A stretch of DNA of 64,000 nucleotides from Azolla caroliniana. Lineage: Eukaryota; Plantae; Polypodiophyta. Where the stretch lies: positions 34,393 through 98,392 of the forward strand of contig JBHGNT010000084.1 in the NCBI GenBank assembly GCA_043228905.1, read 5' to 3'. Of this stretch, positions 28,133 to 48,495 are shown piece after piece; positions within the stretch are counted from its first letter, which is position 1; every line of letters begins with the position of its first letter. The notes under the pieces were generated by a model. That model ran no database searches. It was not told the origin of the DNA and saw nothing but the letters and a program-made list of their open reading frames with translations. A program made the translations under genes and the position numbers.

Positions 28133-29968
28133 TAGTATTAGGTGGAGTTTAGGTATCTAAGTTTTGACAATAATAAAGAGAACAAACAAAAGGAAGTCAG
28201 TCCAGAATCTGACACATGTCAGTGGGTTTTTCTTCTTCTTGTGAGGGGTTTTTTGATAGACCCCCACAGCTAGCTATTTCACACCAGTGAGAAGTGACCT
28301 ACAGGAATAGCTAGTAGTTTTTTTAGAGTAGTCTAGGAAACTATCTAGCTTGTATGTACCATGGTATTGTGGGGGTTGTGCATAAATGAATGTATCTGTA
28401 GCTAGCTAGCTAGCTAAGCTACTATGTTTGACTAACAAAGCACAAAAGACAGAAGAGAGGAAATGATGATGCTGGAGAATGAGAAAGAATGTGAGGTTCT
28501 TTTTTTTTTTGAGGGGCACAAATCCAAAGGCTTTCTTTTAGATCTTCACATATGGTCTGGTCTGGTTCGGTTTGGGTTGGGCTTGACTAAGTTTCAGCAG
28601 GACACCATGTTTTAGGCAAAGACCGGTGGATCCTAGCCGTATGGGAAATTTAGGGCCATCGCTAAACATAGCCCTCTTTGGCCCAAATGGTTCGAAGTGC
28701 TTACACAGAATGTTGCCATTTCATTGCTACTACATATATGTATGTGTATGTATTACATATCTCCGGATTTTGTCCTTGTGCACGGAATTCCACACCTCTC
28801 ATGTCCCACTTGAAGTTTTCATTTGGTTCGGTTGGCTTCTCATTCAATTCACTACTGTAATAGTAGAGTTCCACATGTTCCTTGATTCTCTTTCTAGATT
28901 TTGTTCTTGCTTTTCTCTTCTTGCCTTAAATGTTTTAACCTGATTGTTTTTCAAAGGTAAAACATTGCTTTGTTTTCTTCTTCTGTTTTTACCTCTTGGG
29001 CTTGTTATGCTCGTATGCTCCATTTTTTCAACACATAATTGCATTTTTGTGATTATCATACATATTGGATTTTTCTAGATATTTTGTGATTATCACATAT
29101 TAGTGAGGATTTTCCACACTTTATGTTTTTGTTTTAAGCAAATGCAAGTTTTCTTCTCACAAAAATGACTTTTCTTTTAGTAATGCATCATACAACACAA
29201 AAATGCCTTTTCTTTTAGCAATGCATCACACACAACATTTTGCCTTCACTTATTAGCCTTGTCTTGGACTCACCAAGGGCACGATATAGCAACTAGGATC
29301 AAGTTTCCATCGAGTAAAATGCAATCTGACAATGGATTTTATCTTCCAAATTTCATACTTTTTTAGGTTTACTCCATAGTTCGGTCATTTTTATGAGTAT
29401 GTCAACACTTAGGACTTCCAAAGACCACACCAAGAGTATGACTACTAAACGCTTTTAAATTCATGTTCCCCTTGAGCATTGGTTAGACTAATAATACCTT
29501 CACATTTGGATGGCATGCTCATATCAACATACCTTTTACTTCATGCATATGGATTACTAATCATGTTAACCAATAATGTTATGTGGCTTGATATAGATTC
29601 GTACTAAATACCAACTCTTTACCTGAATAAAACAAGGAAGCATATTACAAAGTTGAATAATTGACCATATTCTCATGCTTATATATGTTGTATACTAAAA
29701 AAATAGGGCGATCTATCAATGGAAAATGTTTGAAAGGTGAGTTGAGTAAACTCTTCTAGGCAAGAGGGGAAAGCATTGCCAAGATGTTGGGCTTCCTTGT
29801 ACCAATCTATTCAACCAATAAAAAGAATAAATTTAGTTAGCAATGGGTTCTAAGGATTGGATAAAAATTCTATTGAGTGAGATGATCAAACAAAGAACAA
29901 TTTGGCTAATGAAGATCAAGAATGTGAACAATAAAACCAGAAAACAAATTATACATGTCGCTTTATAT

Positions 29969-30164
29969 TGTGAAATGCACATAAGAGATCAAAACCAGCC
30001 TACTTAGCTTCTTACTTCTTGCTCAATTTATAGTCGATATGAAGGTACCTATTTGGGTTGACTTAGCTGAAAAGGGTGTGTTAAAAGGGTGGGTTGGCTT
30101 AGGTACATGCATGATAAAAAGGGTGTGTTAAAAGGGTGGCACAAAGGAACACATGCACACCACA
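29969..30164 (-). repeat. 3' LTR of the gypsy element
   Basis: TGTGAAATGCACATAAG...CACATGCACACCACA, a direct repeat of 31470-31666. The adjacent 30165-30180 reads TCTCTCAAGGGGGAAA on minus (polypurine tract). Confidence 0.9.
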
Positions 30165-31448
30165 TTTCCCCCTTGAGAGAAACAAGGAGGTTTACGACAT
30201 GGAGAAAGGACGGAGGTCAAAAGATGGGCTTGGGGTGGCAGAGGGCTTGATGCCGACAATGTGGGAGGAGGTGAATCGGCCGTTGGAATCACGTCAGAGC
30301 AAGTACATGGTGGATCTGATGGCACGAACTATGGTGAACGAGTCGAATCCCTCGGTGCTTCTGGCACTACTTTGAACTTGTAGGTTTTAAGAGTTGGCTT
30401 GTCGAAGGAGGGGGAGCATCTGTTGGAGATAGAGCCCCCAAGTGGCACTATCCATGTTGGTAGGTTTGGAATGGACATCTATGGACGATTTTGATGGGAG
30501 GTGAGGGTCACGCCCATAAAGAGCTCGAAAAGGGTTGATTCGTGTCGAAGCTTGTACGGATGTATTGTAGGCGTGGGTGACGAAAGGCAAGATTTGATCC
30601 TAGGTTTTGTGGAATGGATCAATGTAAGCGGCAATCTCCTTCTTGAGGGTCTTGTTGAGGCGTTCAGTGAAGCCATTTTTCTGAGGATGGTATGGGGATG
30701 TAAACATCTGTTGGACACCTGGTTGAGTTGCAACGACGTTGAAGACATCCCCGTGGAACTAGCGGCCCTAATAAGATAATAGTTGGACAAGGCTAGTGAT
30801 GGAAAACGAACTAGCAATTGGCGAATAGAGATCAATCACTCATGTGGACTAAGGGCCACCAGAACTTGGCTGAGGTAGGGGACAGGAGAGCTATCTTGTA
30901 GGAGGGGGATCGGGGGAGCTCATGGGACAAGAAGTTGGTGGGTAGTGAAATCAATTATAACGCGACGCTTGAGGAACAAATCGCAACCTAAGGTGAGGGA
31001 GAAGAGTTGGTGGGGCAAGACGTAAAAGTAGTGTGAGAAAGTGAGATTGCATAAGGTGATGGTGCAACGGGCTTGCATGTGAGAGTCGTATAGATGTTGG
31101 TGATCGCCAAGAAGGACTTGGATGGAGGGAGCGGTGGATGTCGGGAGGCCTAAATGGTGAACTAAGGCGGCGCTAATGGAAGAGATACTATTACCGAAGT
31201 CTAACAAGATGGTGTGGGCGGAGTGATTGAAGGGGTGAACACTTGGATGTGAGGGGTTAGCTCTTCCATCAACACCACAATGGTCAGTTTCAAGAGCTGA
31301 CTTGAAGCATAGTGTTGGAGAGGACTCGCAGGAGCTGCTCATGAGGCTGCGGAAACTCAGGCGAACTCAAGCTGCATAGGGATATCGGATTCGGAGGCAA
31401 CATGAGGGATTTGGGACACCATGAAGAAGGTGTTAGCGGCTAAAATTT

Positions 31449-31466
31449 TACCCTGCATCTCCACCA
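31449..31466 (-). promoter_or_regulatory. Primer-binding site complementary to the tRNA-Ala 3' end
   Basis: Minus strand reads TGGTGGAGATGCAGGGTA, 3 nt after the 5' LTR. It matches the plant tRNA-Ala 3' end (UACCCCGCAUCUCCACCA, recalled) with one mismatch. Confidence 0.8.
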
Positions 31467-31469
31467 CTA

Positions 31470-31666
31470 TGTGAAATGCACATAAAAGATCAAAACCAAC
31501 TTACTTAGCTTCTTACTTCTTGCTCAATTTATAGTCAATACAAATGTACCCATTTGGGCTGGCTTGGCTAAAAAAAGTGTGTTAAAAGGGTGTGTTTGGC
31601 TTAGGTACATGCACACTACAAAGGGTGTAGTAAAAGGATGGCACAAAAGAACACATGCACACCACA
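31470..31666 (-). repeat. 5' LTR of the gypsy element
   Basis: Diverged direct repeat of 29969-30164 with TG/CA termini; the PBS follows it on the minus strand. Confidence 0.9.
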
Positions 31667-32579
31667 CTATAATAAAACTCAAAAGTCGTCGTTGAGAACC
31701 CAAAATAAATTACATAATTGAAAAAACCATTTCTTGAATATCCTAATAGGCATAAAGATTCGACTTCATCCTCTATAACCAAATTTAGCCTATTAATCCA
31801 CTCCTTATTTACTTGAAACATCCTCTATAACCAAATTTAGTGAGATACCAATTGGACCCTATTAAACTGTCTACTCAAAAGTAACAAGATGTTCTTGATG
31901 ATACATGACTGCCAGCTGCTCTTTATTGACCACAAGATTATGTCATCGTCTTTTGGTGGTGATATATAAGCATCCTAAACACTATTCCCTAGCCATTTTC
32001 AATATGGTCCATTAGCAAGTAATCAAAACATTCTCAATAGGTTACCTATTTTCCTGTTATTCTGTCTGGGATGTGGGTATCATTAATTTCTTTTATCACT
32101 GTTAGTGTTCTATTATGAATAAAACAAACTTCCACAAGGTAATCACATGCTACATATGGGTGTTTCGGCAGTATTTAGGCTATTCACTTGACTGTTCCAA
32201 AAACATTTGCTTCTATTAATTAATAGGAAGCCTTTATGTATATAACCGCTGATATTGAGGTGATCTTATGATCTTAAATTCTTTAACATGATATCCATTA
32301 TCTTAATAAAGAATATTATATTTAGATAAAACATACCAGCATTGTTATATCAGATGAAACATAACAACCTATAATTTATGCTTTGTAATTTAAACCGTAA
32401 CAAAATGCTACTACGCAACTCGTAAATTATTGTCATTGAGTACGGGATATTGCAATGAAGACGAACCAGTTGAAGCTGATTGTATATAAGATACCTTATT
32501 AGCGAAAGAATACAACCAGATACATAATAGTTGTTATATCCATTGTTTTTATTTATTAACAAGCCATATATCCTTCAAT

Positions 32580-40842
<8,263 letters not shown>

Positions 40843-40949
40843 GATGACTGGTTACTTCTCAGGGAGAGCTAAGCTTCAATCTGACGTGATTCAAATTTTT
40901 TGTACTCGTGAGAATAGAAAGGGGGCGAGGAAGGAGGGAGAGAGTGTCT

Positions 40950-41070
40950 TTGTTCTATGGATGGATACATAATATGGATGGATGGATGGATGGATGGATA
41001 TATGGACGGATGGATGATGAAGGGATGGATGGAGGATAGAATGGACGGAGGGAGGGAGGGATGGATTGGG
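40950..41070. repeat. (GGAT)n/(GGAG)n tract upstream of the MFP start
   Basis: Read directly from the sequence. Confidence 0.85.
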
Positions 41071-41388
41071 ACATAGCCTCTCGCCTCCTCCTTTGGTGTG
41101 TCCATAACTTACACTCGAGAGATTTCTCCTTATCCCTATCGAATGACAAATTGTAGTTATCCTCGCGACGGTCAATGGGTCCCCGGACTAGATACCTTTG
41201 ACATAGATTGCTTAATATGAGAAGGAACTCCTTGACAAAATCAAACTCTTTACTTCCTTTGGTGTGTCAAGAAGACGACAAGAGACCCAATAATATAGTG
41301 GAGTGGATCCATACCAGAAAGAGCTTGCACACATTCATCGACCAACAATTTCTATGACGTGAGATGAGAACATTGCATCATGATGATC

Positions 41389-41392
<4 letters not shown>

Positions 41393-41445
<53 letters not shown>
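41393..41445. repeat. (AG)26 microsatellite at the LINE 5' junction
   Basis: Read directly from the sequence. Confidence 0.95.
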
Positions 41446-41447
<2 letters not shown>

Positions 41448-44400
41448 CTATGCACCCAATAATGTTAATCAACACATTGAATTATGGTCTTCAATGTATC
41501 CACTGTTATTAGTGGGCCATGTTGGTTTGTTAATGGGTGATTTTAATATGTGTGTTGATGCTTCACAATCTACTTCACGATTCCCATTGATGGATTCTCC
41601 TGAGCAAGCAGTTTGGGACAATTTGGCATCAGAGGTTTTGAAGTTGGATGTATGAAAATGGTTGCATCAAGATGAGGTTGTGTTTGCATTTCAGTCTATG
41701 CAATATAAGGAAACATGGAGTAGGTTAGATAGAATGTATGTTATGCAATGTGCATGACGAGCCCTTTTTGCCAGAGATGCTTAATATCTCAATTATGCAA
41801 GAGGTTGTGACATCGGATCATTTTCCCATATGTTTTGAGTTTAATAAACATGGGGTAGATATGTACAAAGCATTGCTTGATCAAGTTCCTTTGAGGTTTA
41901 ATTCTTCTTTATTATTACATTCTTTATTTGATGCCTATATGCAACAAAATTTTGGCATGTTTTCAGAACAAGTTATTTCAGAAGGATGGTATGCATGGGA
42001 TACAACACTACAAAACATCAATAATATTCATCGTATGTATGGTATGACTAATGTTAAAAGACGTAAGAAATTGATTGGTAAGTTTTCATATATTCTTACG
42101 CGATGCAATGTAGTATCAATGAATAATCCGCATGATGAAGAGCTTTTGGATGTTCAAGTTCAAGTACAAGACATTGTGAAGAATTTGTCTTGTCAAAGTT
42201 ATCAACATACAAGACTACATCAATTAAAGGAGGGATTTATAGATAATCAATCGCAATTTCATCTATTTTTTCAAGGATTAAGACCACCATATGCTCGTTC
42301 AAATGTGGTACAAATTAAGATAGGGGATGACATTGTTGTAGACCCAATCAAGGTTATTGAGTTATGTATTACTCATTTTAAGAATTTGATTGGGCAAAAG
42401 TTGATTATTAATGAGGATGTGTTAAAAGCATGACGAGAGTTTTATAATGTAATTGGGAGTGTCGTGAATATAAATATTTGTCAAGAATTGGATGCTGATT
42501 TTAAAGAAGCTGAGGTGGAAAAGGTATTGTTACACCTTCCAAATGGTAAAAGCCCTAGTTGGGATGGTGTTATAAATGAAGTTTTTATGAAGTATGATTG
42601 CATGCTTAAGACTCCATTCACACAAATGTTTCAACAATGTTGGGATTCTGGTTTCATGCTTGAGAGCTGGAAGGTGGGCTTAATCAAATTGATACCAAAG
42701 GTACCATCTTCGGAGTCATTTCATCAATGGAGGCCTATTTCATTGATGGGAGGGTTGTACAAAGTGTTTGCAAAGATATTATCCAACTGACTTCAGAAGT
42801 TCTTGCCTCAACTTATTCATCCATCTCAATATGGTTTTATTACAGGTAGAAATATATTGCATAATGTTTTGAATGTTCAAATGGCTACCAATTATGCTCG
42901 ACATACACATCAAGAAATGGTTATGGTGCAATTAGATTTGGAAAAAGCATATGATCGTGTTAATTGGTCTTTCCTCTCAGGTGTGATGTATAAGATGGGG
43001 TTTGGTCCTCGTATGTGTCGACTTATCTTTTTGCTAGGGCAAAATGCAACCTCACGTGTGATGCTTAATGGCGGTGTTACTCCGAAAGTGTTTCTTACTA
43101 GATCCGTGTGGCAAGGATGCCCACTACGCCCATTGTTATTTGCTATTGTTACACACCCTTTGTTAGTAATGTTGTCAAATCTTGCGGCTAGCGGTGGTAT
43201 TGTGGGTTTGCATCTTCCTTCTGGTGGACAATCGGTGACACAAGCATTGGCTCATGATTCTTTTATGTTTTTACAAGCCTCAAAAGAAAATCTTGAAAGG
43301 AGTATGCAAGTTTGGGATCAATTTGCTTTGGCTTCAGGGTTGTATATAATTTGGAGGAAGTCTCACACTTATTTCTTGTACAGAGAGTGATTTGGAATGT
43401 TTGGGATGGCGAGGGTCAGTGATTACACGAGGATCAATTTATAGACATTTGGATTATCCATTGGGTGTTGATGTTACAAATGTTCAATTGATTGATTGGA
43501 TTGGTAGTAAATTGAATGACAAATTTATGGATTGGAATTCTCAATTTATGGCCCTTTCATGTACGACTCAAAGTGGTGCAATGTATCTTGATACCCATGT
43601 TATTATATTTTTTGTATTTACTACCTTGGACTAAGAAGACATTACAAAACATGCTACAACCTATTCGGTTCATGTTGTGGTGGAAGGGAGAAATGATGGG
43701 AGTTACATGGATTTCATGGGACCATTTGGCTACTCCTAAAAGGTTAGGTGGTGCAACAATATTGGATTTGGAAAGGCATTTGATGGCTCGTAAATTTGCA
43801 TTATTACGAAATATACGTCAACAAGATCAACCATGGATATCTATGATGCAATATTTTATTAAGCATGAAGGATTGATGCTCGATAAAACAAAGTTTCAAG
43901 CATCCTAGTGGTCATTACTCAATGGAAGTTTTCCTCTAAAGATTTGACATTCTGTATGTGGACAACATTTGGTAAGATCGTGGCAAGATGCATTATCTCT
44001 TTTTGAATGGGGACCATCAAGTGATCGAAAATATTGTAATTCATTACAAAATGAATTGTTTGTTTCTTCTCAAGTGTTGTTTTGGCATGGGAAAGAGAAG
44101 TTGAGATCTCAATTCAATCGTTTATTTCGATTGGGAATTGCACATTTGGAAGATGTGGTTGATAATGAATCTCAAAGGTTGTTGGAATGTGAAGATGCCA
44201 AGCGATGGTTATGTATTCCCCCAAATTATGGATTTATTTGGGAGAAATTACAAGATATTCCATTGTTGGAAGGATCTTTGCAATTGAAAATAGATTTTGC
44301 ACCTTGGGTGGATTGGCGGTTACAAGATGGTACACACTTGTTATAGGTCACTACAAATATATTGTATCATCATGCGATGACATCATTATCTTGGCTATCT

Positions 44401-45058
44401 CCTAAAGCAACGAAGTTGTGGAATGTATGTAAGTCAGATGCAAGGTGGTGGAAAATATTACAACATGGTTGGCATTCCCATCTACCATTTCGTGCAAAGA
44501 TATTCATATGGAGAGTCATGATTGGTGGGCTCCCATTAGGTTCGGCCTTAAAGAGGCGAGGACTATGGTCTAGCACTTGTTTCTTTTGCACTGTTCCATT
44601 GGAGGATAATACACATAAGTTCATTAAATGTCCTATAGCGTGTACCATTTGGAAGTACTCATCGGACATTTGGCAAGTTTTAACCCGATGTTGTTTGAGA
44701 CCTCAACAATGGGTTTTTTCTCAATATGTTCAAAATGGTTCAAATGATGAGATGGAGATATTATTCCAATTTTTACGTTATTGGGGTCTACAACACAATT
44801 GGAATATGCGTAATGCTTTCATGTTTGATAATAGACATGGGGTGAAAGCCTATATAAAGAAGCTAAAAGGTATTCTCATGTGGAATTTTTGGATGTTAGA
44901 GCATGTGGGGATCATTTCCTCAAATGCATATTCAGGTTTTTTAACAACATTAAAGAACGTCCCTCTCCCTACATAGGTATATGATAGGTAGAGGAGACTA
45001 AGAAGCATTGTAATTAAGTGAATTTCATATACAATTAATATAATTGTGTGCTTTTACT
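41446..45058 (+). mobile_element. 5'-truncated L1/Tx1-like LINE (ORF2: APE endonuclease, RT, zf-RVT), pseudogenised, inserted in (GA)n
   Basis: APE motifs IYAPN, MGDFN, SRLDR, SDHFPI. RT motifs KSPSWDG, WRPISL, SQYGFI, LDLEKAYDRVNW, QGCPL. zf-RVT motif FIWR...CFFC..EDNTHKFIKC. Several stops and frameshifts. Bounded on both sides by GA repeats. Confidence 0.93.
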
Positions 45059-45079
45059 GAGAGAGAGAGAGAGAGAGAG
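45059..45079. repeat. (GA)10 microsatellite at the LINE 3' junction
   Basis: Read directly from the sequence. Confidence 0.95.
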
Positions 45080-46149
45080 CATGATGCCCTAATGAACACT
45101 CGCACCCGCCCACGAGACCAATTTATGTATCCATCCCATCACGGTATATCTTCTTCCATGCAACAGATATTACCTCTTGTGCCTTCTCACTCACCTTTTT
45201 GAAGGTGCTCGTTGGACTCACTCCTCTACATTCCTCTCACTGTGTACAACAACAATGTACAAAATGAGGATGCCCATAAAATGACATTCCATACACATGT
45301 TTTAGCCATCACGAACTAATGGCCATGCAACTTAACCTCCGCATGGTCCAACCATGTTTATGAGAATGATTAATAATGTGCTTATGTCATGAACTTTATG
45401 GTCCTGTTTTTGGATGCGACGTCCGAATGTTAATCCAATGACATCTTCAAAACACCCACTACAATTATTCAACTTGTATCGGAGATTTATTTCATATATC
45501 CAATGTTTGAGCATGAAATTGTTTGGTGGTTTGTAAATCAAATGTACTAGAAGGATAAGAAAAGCTTATTAGTTGGAAAATTTCCATGAATTTGATGGTG
45601 TACAAAGATATAGACAAAGCATAAAGTAAGGTAATTGCACATACCCCTAATTGTGCGCCTACCAACCATGGTCTATAATTTACTTGCGTAATGAATGATT
45701 TTATGATGGCTATAGAGGAGTCATGTCATGGATTCTATGGATATGAAAATGTGGCTATTAGTAGAAAGACACCACCCCACTTTGTCGAAAGGTCACAAGA
45801 GTAATGTGCCGCACTAATTTCATCTTTATGTTGGCACTATTATGCTGGCGGAAGATTGTTTGAAATGGGCCATTACTTCATAAATTTATATAGCTTGTGT
45901 CACTACAGACATGGCTACAAGTGTCATGTCCTTCAAGAGCATTGATATAGTAGTAACATAGGACATCCAAGGTTTATGTAAGATGTATGTGTATGTGTGC
46001 ATCAATTTTATATGCTAGGACATACATGTAATTGGAGTGGCCTTTGTTGTACAAAGAAGTTTGTGTACATTGTATTCAAATACCCAATGCCTTAGGCAAT
46101 TTATTTGTTGATTTCCTCTGAATTATGCGGGTGGATGTATCAATCCCAA

Positions 46150-47930
46150 GTTCGTGATGCAAAGGGGTAAAGTATTTCAACGGAATTTATTGTTGGCTTG
46201 ATGGGATGCAAGGTGGCGTGGCATGTGCTCGCATCACCCAAGTCGAGAGGAGGATTGGGTATAATGATCCCCTCTCACAGTCCAAAGCATTACTCGCCAA
46301 ATTTGTGGTACGAGGATTCCAACTAGGGGATGAATGCTAGAAAATGCTATTGCGAACATGTTTTGCTTACTTTACACCACGGAAAGGGGCTAATTGGGCC
46401 CCTCAAATGGGATGGATTCTAAACATGGATCTCAAACCAAGTTTCTCATGCCAATTGGAGGATAGATTCAATGCATCCATGTGGAAGGTGTGGTGTGACA
46501 TAAGACGAGGACTCAAGTGTGATCAACCTAACTCTAAACCTGCCTAGCTCAGTCAACACATCTTGTGGAACCCATGTATCATAGGTGAATCTAATCAACT
46601 AGTTGGATCAAGTAAGGGGTTATCATTGAGAAGCATTGCAGAAGGTTCACAAAAAAGTATAGAATGTTGGAGATGGTTTATGTCATTGCCACTACAAGAT
46701 CAAGCCAACATACTCCATGGAATCATGGATGGATGGACTAGTATGAGATCTGAAATTATGAATGCTCTATTGCTTGGGGAAGTTGCTAATCAAGCGACGA
46801 AAACAGAGACGTGGATAGGCGACGAAGAGGAGGGCATCTTGATCCCACGAGGTAGGGAAACATCGGACAAGATCCAAGGCCATGAAATGCGAGACAATGA
46901 GGTACCAACATTGAACATGGCAATTCGAGTACTCACATATGTAGACCTTGGTCTGATCAAAGTACAACAAAAATGACACATACGTCTTCATGAAAATACA
47001 TGGCTATGTAAGGTCTGTTCGAACCCTTTGCAATGGGCGTGGCGCAATCTTTATGCGGGTATAGGAAGCAACTCCATCCATTTCTTTCAATCCACAACTA
47101 GATTGAGATGCCACATTCCAACTGCTCAAACCGCTCGAGAGTTGCTACAAAGATTTGGCAAATATATCATGTTCCCCATGGATGAGTTTTGGCAGAATAT
47201 ATAGAAACAACACCACAATATGCGAATTACCACATTCTAATGGCTAGTAATACATAGGTCACTTCTGGTTGGAGTGTGGCCGCGTGGAATCCTTAACTCT
47301 CCTAATTGTGTAGCATGCCCAAATATAATAGAGTCAATCTGACATGCTTTGTGGGACTGCCCAAAGACCCATCAACTATGGCAGGGGGGGTTGGCTGCTT
47401 ATTGCAATTATGCCAAGTGCAAGGCACAATCGAATGGGGAAATGTATGTTGGTGATCACCGTAGGCCCCAATTGACAAGTACAAACATCGGGACGAGGGG
47501 GTGCCACTAGTGATAAAGGCACAAGGGATTTTGTTTTCCACCATCGATAATATCCACTCAACTTCTATTAATGCCAAAGCTCAAGTTGTGCTAGAATTGG
47601 TCAGCCCAATAGCTCTTTGGATTCTTTGGAAACAACAATGTAGACGGGTCTTTTCCAATCAAACCGTGCATCAAGAAGTGTTATTGTAGGAGATATGGAG
47701 TGAAGTTGTAGCCACTCTAAAGAGCCAATATGATGGCCTCAAGGGCGGATTTGATGGAGTCGAAGACAATGATTAACCTTCATCCAACAATGGTCGTCCT
47801 ATCCCTTTCTCGAGTCAACGTGCCTCGATATAAGATGGAACTGTCGTGCCCCTACTGGGATTTGTATATAACATTGTCATATGTAAAAGTTTTATAACTA
47901 ATGGAAGGAGTTTTTTTTGGAATAAAAAAA
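46150..47930 (+). mobile_element. Decayed 3' fragment of a second L1-like LINE
   Basis: KVAWHVLASPKSRGGLG (post-RT L1 motif) near 46210. zf-RVT-like WLVIHRSL..CVAC..ESI*HALWDCP near 47240-47365. A-rich end at 47921-47930. Many stops. Confidence 0.75.
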
Positions 47931-48495
47931 GGCAGACATGGCTAATGGTTGGGCAGGTAGGCATGGACAAGCTTGCTAAGACAAGCAAGTTCAATAATCA
48001 CCACGGAACGAGTTCTATTATACAGTTTGGACGTGTCATGACACATATGGTTTGTCGATCGATTGTGCATGTAATACAATAATGCTGTGTCGATCGATTG
48101 TGAACGTACTGCTATAATGTTTCATCGATCGATTGATCGATCGTGAATGTACTACGGTAATGGACTGGCCACAAGGATCGTGTCAAATCATGTGGTCCTA
48201 GTTAGAGCATTTGCTGGGTAGGGTTCCCAAAAGAGTGGTTAACGTGGCCATAAGTTGAGATGGGGGGACATTCTGGTGGACATATTTGGATATGAATGGG
48301 ATCATGATGGATGGCATTCAGAGTTTCTTCTTCTTCTTCTTCTTTTCCCTCTCCCAAGTGTTTTGGGTTTTGGTTTTGTCATCACAAATTAGTATATCTG
48401 TTTTCTTTGTTTAAAAACACTACATTTCATTCCTTTCTCTCTGTTTCTGTTTCTCCTGCTGTGTTCACAAAGCGGAGCAGGACGGAAAGAAGATC

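Larger units (their letters stand above)
29969..31666 (-). mobile_element. Internally deleted (non-autonomous) Ty3/gypsy LTR retrotransposon, 1.7 kb
   Basis: Two ~196-bp TG...CA direct repeats, a PBS and a PPT, all oriented on the minus strand. Internal remnants are aspartic protease (ILLDFGNSISSIS) followed by integrase C-terminus (LPFVTHAYNTSVQASTRINPFRALYGRDPHLP). No RT or RNase H is visible. Confidence 0.9.

Noticed and set aside
28448-28465. GACAGAAGAGAG resembles the 5' part of miR156/529
   Set aside because: Only about 12 nt match in a purine-rich context, and there is no hairpin partner.
28869-28890. TTCCACATGTTCCTTGATTCT resembles miR396 (TTCCACAGCTTTCTTGAACTG)
   Set aside because: Five or more mismatches and no complementary star arm nearby.
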